A DNA stretch of 64,000 bases from Dendrobates tinctorius (Eukaryota). The DNA lies in NCBI RefSeq assembly GCF_039654945.1, contig NW_027361825.1, forward strand, positions 35,402,001 through 35,466,000, read 5' to 3'. Below are positions 58,874 through 64,000 of the stretch, piece by piece. Made by a program: the position numbers and the translations under genes. The notes under the pieces were generated by a model. It worked only from the letters and a program-made list of their open reading frames with translations, did not search any database and was not told the DNA's origin. Each line of letters opens with the position of its first letter. Positions within the stretch are counted from its first letter, which is position 1.

Positions 58874-61835
58874 GTGAGTACATAGTTTAATGCACATTTT
58901 CATCCATTGTTACTGATTTCAGCCTCACTAACAGTTGCAATCTCTCAACATACTTCACCACCACTTTGTAATTGTGGCCTGTTATGGAGACAGGTCCAAC
59001 ACAGATGACGTTGAAAATATGGGAACGTTTGGCTGAAAAAAGCCTTCCGTGAATATAGCGGATCATTAGTTATGTGCTGAGGTCTGCTGACGTGTCTGTC
59101 AATGGGAACGGGATGTGGAGAAGCCACCAGGGCTAGTCATCGGGGACACATTGTCCTCTGCGGGTTTTTTCTGAGTGTTTTATCTGAAACTCCGCAGCAT
59201 TTCGGTGTAAAACCTACACGGCTGCAATAAAGAAGCTCATGGTTTGGGCATCATGAATCAGATGACAAGTTCCCTTTAAAAATCTGAACCACAGGGCAGT
59301 TTACAAAGGGATATCGTTTTTCAGTGGTTGGATGTGATTTGGTAAAATCTCGTCGACTTTGCTCCTACTGTAACATGCTACAGATTTTCTGCACCTAAAT
59401 CCAGACAGAAATCTGCCATTATGTGAATGAAGGCTTCATTAGGGAAACGTTCCATCTTTTCACCCTAGCTCAGTTTCCTGACATCCAACATTTATCTATC
59501 AAAACAAATGATGAATTATGAGACTTTTTTTGGATTGATCTATCTAGATCTAAGGAATATCCCTGTACTTATGTGTGGGGTGTGTGTTTTTTCTCCAGAT
59601 ATCCTCCCCGGAGGAGGCAGAAGAACATCTGGTATATATGGGCCATTTACAGAACAGTGCTCGCAGGGTATGTCTATCTTCGAATCTCAAACTTATGTAG
59701 CCGGGGTTTTGGTAATGTAGAAATCTGTGTGCACACAGCATTGTATACAGAAGATACTCCATCAGGCTATACCTTTTTTATTAGTAAGTGCTTGTTATAA
59801 ATATGGTATTTGCAGTTTACATTACTGTATGCATCAAAAAAGTAATTAACACGTATGTTAAAATGGATCCATAAACCTTAGGGAGCAAATTTTTATTTAT
59901 TTTTCTTTGTGTAGAAGTCTTATTTTTACTGCTTTCTGCCACATTACACTAATATTTGGAATTTCTCTACCGTACTTTATTTTTGGGGTATTTTCTAGGC
60001 ACTCTATGTTCCGGTATAAGTGGTAAAATAACATATACTCTTTCTTGCAGTACTATCAGTGTGCTTTGGTCATTGCCACTGTGGTCACTGTGCTGTTCTG
60101 TCTCATGGCCGCTCAGCTTCTGCTATTCCCATTGCTCTGTGCAAGCTCGACTGAGAAGATGAAGATCTTGGTGAAGCAAGACAACAGCTGCAGTGATCCA
60201 TGCAAGTGAGTCAACAATTGACGGGTTTTTCCTTTTATTTTATTTTTTTTTTTTTATAATTTGGAGCTGGTGTCAGGTTGATGGGAGGAAAAAAATATAT
60301 AATCACATACATATTTTTAATGCTTTGTACCCTATTCTTTCAATTTCATCTGTACTCCAGCCTGTAGGTGTGCGCCAGCTTGCTGTACACTTCTCGGGGG
60401 GGGGGGGTAGTCTATTGCAAGATTGGTGAGGGTATCAGGACTCCGAGTCGCACCAATCGGCAGGTATGAGGGTATTAGGACTCTGCTCCCCGCTAATCTG
60501 CAGGTATGAGGGGATCAGGACTCTGACCCCCCCCACCAAACTGCAGGTATGAGGTTACCAGGACTCTGATCCCCCACCAATCTGCAGGTATGAGGGTATC
60601 AGGACTCTGCTCCCCGCCAGTCTGCAGGTATGAGGGTATCAGGACTCTGACCCCCCCACCAAACTGCAGGTATGAGGTTATCAGGACTCTGATCCCCCAC
60701 CAATCTGCAGGTATGAGGGTATCAGGACTCAGAGCCGCACCAATCTGCAGGTATGAGGGTATCAGGACTCAGAGCCGCACCAATCTGCAGGTATGAGGGT
60801 ATCAGGACTCAGAGCCGCACCAATCTGCAGGTATGAGGGTATCAGGACTCAGAGCCGCACCAATCTGCAGGTATGAGGGTATCAGGACTCAGAGCCGCAC
60901 CAATCTGCAGGTATGAGGGTATCAGGACTCTGATTCCCCACCAATCTGCAGGTATGAGGGTATCAGGACTCTGATTCCCCACCAATCTGCAGGTATGAGG
61001 GTATCAGGACTCAGAGCCGCACCAATCTGCAGGTATGAGGGTATCAGGACTCTGACCTCCCCCCACCAAACTGCAGGTATGAGGTTATCAGGACTCTGAT
61101 TCCCCACCAATCTGCAGGTATGAGGGTATCAGGACTCAGAGCCGCACCAATCTGCAGGTATGAGGGCATCAGGACTCAAATCCCCACCAGTCTGCAGGTA
61201 TGAGGGAATCGGGACATGGACCCCCACCAATCTCCCAGTATGAAGGCAACAGGTTTTTTTTAAATAGGTTAATTAGGTAAAAAAATATTTTTTTTCGACA
61301 CAGTTTTATAATTCATGTGATTTCCTGAGACATTTTATGCAGTTAGTATAGCTGTTGTACATTTTATTTGTTATTAAGAGACAGTTTAACAGCTTTCGAT
61401 AATAATTTAACATATTTTAGCATATTCTTTATCACCTGCTACCTTATTGTCCCCCAATCCTCCCAACTGTAGAATAAATATGGATCGGACATGCCTGATA
61501 ATTTCCACTTTCAAAAGATGAGCTGGCAACACAATTCCCAGTATCCTTCATTCAAATTGCACATATGGGCAGATCGGAGCGATATGGACATGTGGTTACT
61601 TGCTGCAGAGTAGCTGTGGTTGGATGTGTATCACCTCTTTTTATATCGTAGTATCGTTCTAGTGGAAAGCATCCCTGAAGGGCTGGAATATTCTCCCAAC
61701 TCCACCATCAATCCTTCAGTATTTCAGAGCTGGATGACCCTCCTAAGCCAAGCTGAGAGCAGTGTGGACATCGCATCTTTCTACTGGACCCTGACCAATA
61801 ATGACACCCACACCAAGCATCCCTCCGCTCAAGAG
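58847..61835 (+). CDS. PLD3: PLD3 (lysosomal 5'-3' exonuclease), 5' part; join of 58847-58873, 59599-59667, 60051-60205, 61652-61835; continues beyond the window
   Basis: MKPKLVYKP|ISSPEE...|[26 protein letters not shown] (TM)...CSDPC|[12 protein letters not shown]...[19 protein letters not shown]; GT-AG with phases 0,0,2,0; head-to-head with C19orf47. Confidence 0.93.
59599..59667 (+). CDS. PLD3: PLD3 exon (69 nt)
   Basis: TTCTCCAG|[23 protein letters not shown]|GTATGT. Confidence 0.75.
60051..60205 (+). CDS. PLD3: PLD3 transmembrane exon (155 nt)
   Basis: Hydrophobic type II anchor followed by CSDPC. Confidence 0.9.
60427..61250. repeat. 40-bp minisatellite in a PLD3 intron
   Basis: Unit CAATCTGCAGGTATGAGGGTATCAGGACTCAGAGCCGCAC, about 20 copies. 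Confidence 0.96.
61652..61835 (+). CDS. PLD3: PLD3 exon (184 nt)
   Basis: [13 protein letters not shown]...[23 protein letters not shown]. Confidence 0.95.
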
Positions 61836-62293
61836 GTAAAAATATGTCTGCAGCTTCTGTAAAGCGCTTATGTCACACTGTAACTGCTTATATTTGTGGT
61901 CTGTCTTATAAGCTATATTGTGGCCAAACAGGTTTTCTTTCTAAAGTAAAAATATCAGGATTTTCACGTTTTATGAAAGCTTAATGATTCTGCAATGACA
62001 AGTTCGTCTCATTCACTGACAACAAACAGATCTCGATGACGGAAATAAAATGGAAAGTAGTTGAAAATTTTCCAAAACTTTTTTTTTTTTTATATATATA
62101 TATATATAATTTTCAGGGGATCAGGCAGATCAAGTCAATATAATTGGAAGTGATCCACAAATAATCCGTTTTTTTAGCCCTATTTTGGGGTTGTATACAT
62201 GGGACAGGAACACAGCAAAAATCTTTTGCACATAATTTGTAGAAAATGTGCAGCAAAAAATCCAAGACAAAATATGCTTTTATATATATATAT

Positions 62294-63280
62294 TAGTACA
62301 GACCAAAAGTTTGGACACACCTTCTCATTCAAAGAGTTTAAACGCAAACCGGATGGAATAGCATGCCGCTGCAAGATGCTGTGGTAGCCATGCTGGTTCA
62401 GTATGCCTTCAATTTTGAATGAATCCCCAAACAGTGTCACCAACAAAGCACCCCCACACCATCATATCTCCTCCTCCATGCTTCACAGTGGGAACCAGGC
62501 ATGTAGAGGCCATCCGTTCACCTTTTCTGCGTCATTTGGACTCATCAGACCAAAGCACAGATTTCCACTGGTCTAATATCCATTCCTTGTGTTCTTTAGC
62601 CCAAACAAGTCTCTTCTGCTTGTTGCCTGTCCTTAGCAGAGGTTTCCTAGCAGCTATTTTATCATGAAGGCCTGCTGCACAAAGTCTCTTCTTAACAGTT
62701 GTAGAGATGTGTCTGCTGCTAGAACTCTGTGGCATTGACCTGGTCTCTAATCTGAGCTACTGTCAACCTGCGATTTCTGAGGCTGGTGACTCGGATGAAC
62801 TTATCCGCCGCAGCAGAGGTGACTCTTGGTCTTCCTTTCCTGGGGCAGTCCTCATGTTAGCCAGTTTCTTTGTAGCGCTTGATGGTTTTTGCCACTGCAC
62901 TTGGGGACACTTTCAAAGTTTTCCTAATTTTTCGGACTGACTGACCTTCATTTCTTAAAGTAGTGATGGCCACTCGTTTTTCTTTACTCAGCTGCTTTTT
63001 TCTTGCCATAATACAAATTCTAACAGTCTATTCAGTAGGACTATCAGCTGTGTATCCACCAGACTTCTACACAACTGATGGTCCCAACCCCATTTATAAG
63101 GCAAGAAATCCCACTTATTAAACCTGACAGGGCACACCTGTGAAAACCATTTCCGGTGACTACCTCTTGAAGCTCATCAAGAGAATGCACATGTGTTAAT
63201 TCATAGTTTTGATGCCTTCAGAGTGAATCTACAGTTTTCATAGTCATGAAAATAAAGAAAACTCTTTGAATGAGAAGGTG
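62294..63280 (-). mobile_element. Internally deleted, degenerate Tc1 element
   Basis: TIR-like AGTACAGACCAAAAGTTTGGACACACCTTCTCATTCAAAGAGTTT, with its complement at 63260-63280; fragments AARKPLL...VLWSDESK and KIEGILNQHGYHSILQRHAIPSG. Confidence 0.88.
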
Positions 63281-63433
63281 NNNNNNNNNNNNNNNNNNNN
63301 NNNNNNNNNNNNNNNNNNNNNNNNNNNNNNNNNNNNNNNNNNNNNNNNNNNNNNNNNNNNNNNNNNNNNNNNNNNNNNNNNNNNNNNNNNNNNNNNNNNN
63401 NNNNNNNNNNNNNNNNNNNNNNNNNNNNNNNNN
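63281..63433. other. Assembly gap (153 N)
   Basis: Run of n. Confidence 1.
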
Positions 63434-64000
63434 ACTATATTTAGCAGGTTTGATAAGATGCAAATAAGTTAGAGCCTTCAAACTTCACACAAGAGCAGGA
63501 TTTATTAACAGATGCATAAATCTTACACACCAAAAAGTTATGTTGCTCAGTTAAATTTTAATAAATTTTAAACATACAAGTGTGGGTCAATTATTATTCA
63601 ACCCCTAGGTTTAATATTTTGTGGAATAACCCTTGTTTGCAATTACAGCTAATAATCGTCTTTTATAAGACCTGATCAGGCCGGCACAGGTCTCTGGAGT
63701 TATCTTGGCCCACTCCTCCATGCAGATCTTCTCCAAGTTATCTAGGTTCTTTGGGTGTCTCATGTGGACTTTAATCTTGAGCTCCTTCCACAAGTTTTCA
63801 ATTGGGTTAAGGTCAGGAGACTGACTAGGCCACTCCAACACCTTGATTTTTTGCCTCTTGAACCAGGCCTTGGTTTTCTTGGCTGTGTGCTTTGGGTTGT
63901 TGTCTTGTTGGAAGATGAAATGATGACCCATCTTAAGATCCTTGATGGAGGAGCGGAGGTTCTTGGCCAAAATCTCCAGGTAGGCCGTGCTATCCATCTT
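63434..64000 (-). mobile_element. 3' part of a further Tc1 element (transposase C-terminus 63611-64000)
   Basis: FQQDNNPKH...[15 protein letters not shown]...ANKGYSTKY stop, DD34E spacing. Confidence 0.9.

Noticed and set aside
60427-61250. CRISPR-like look (constant block plus variable segment)
   Set aside because: Variable parts are ~10 bp and recurrent rather than unique spacers; no cas genes; eukaryotic intron

Overview
Eukaryotic, repeat-rich vertebrate DNA, most likely from a frog, judged by its T2/Kolobok, Harbinger, hAT and piggyBac MITE content. Two host genes lie head-to-head, as at human 19q13.2. The first is a complete C19orf47 orthologue on the minus strand (8 coding exons, 39817..21150, about 402 aa). 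The second is the first four coding exons of PLD3 on the plus strand (58847..61835), continuing beyond the window. A probable shared promoter lies near 44.3-44.5 kb. One C19orf47 intron holds a 10-kb nested transposon stack with legible target-site duplications: a hAT element contains a two-gene PIF/Harbinger element, which contains an intact Tc1 (DD34E) inserted into a TATA box plus two MITEs. A Gmr1-type Gypsy LTR element (SCAN-like Gag, integrase before RT) lies upstream of the PLD3 coding exons. The window also has three more Tc1 remnants, non-autonomous hATs carrying minisatellites and hammerhead-ribozyme-like motifs, many MITEs, six tandem-repeat arrays and a 153-N gap. There are no prokaryotic systems (CRISPR, operons). 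Family and gene assignments come from motif recognition by eye, not database searches.
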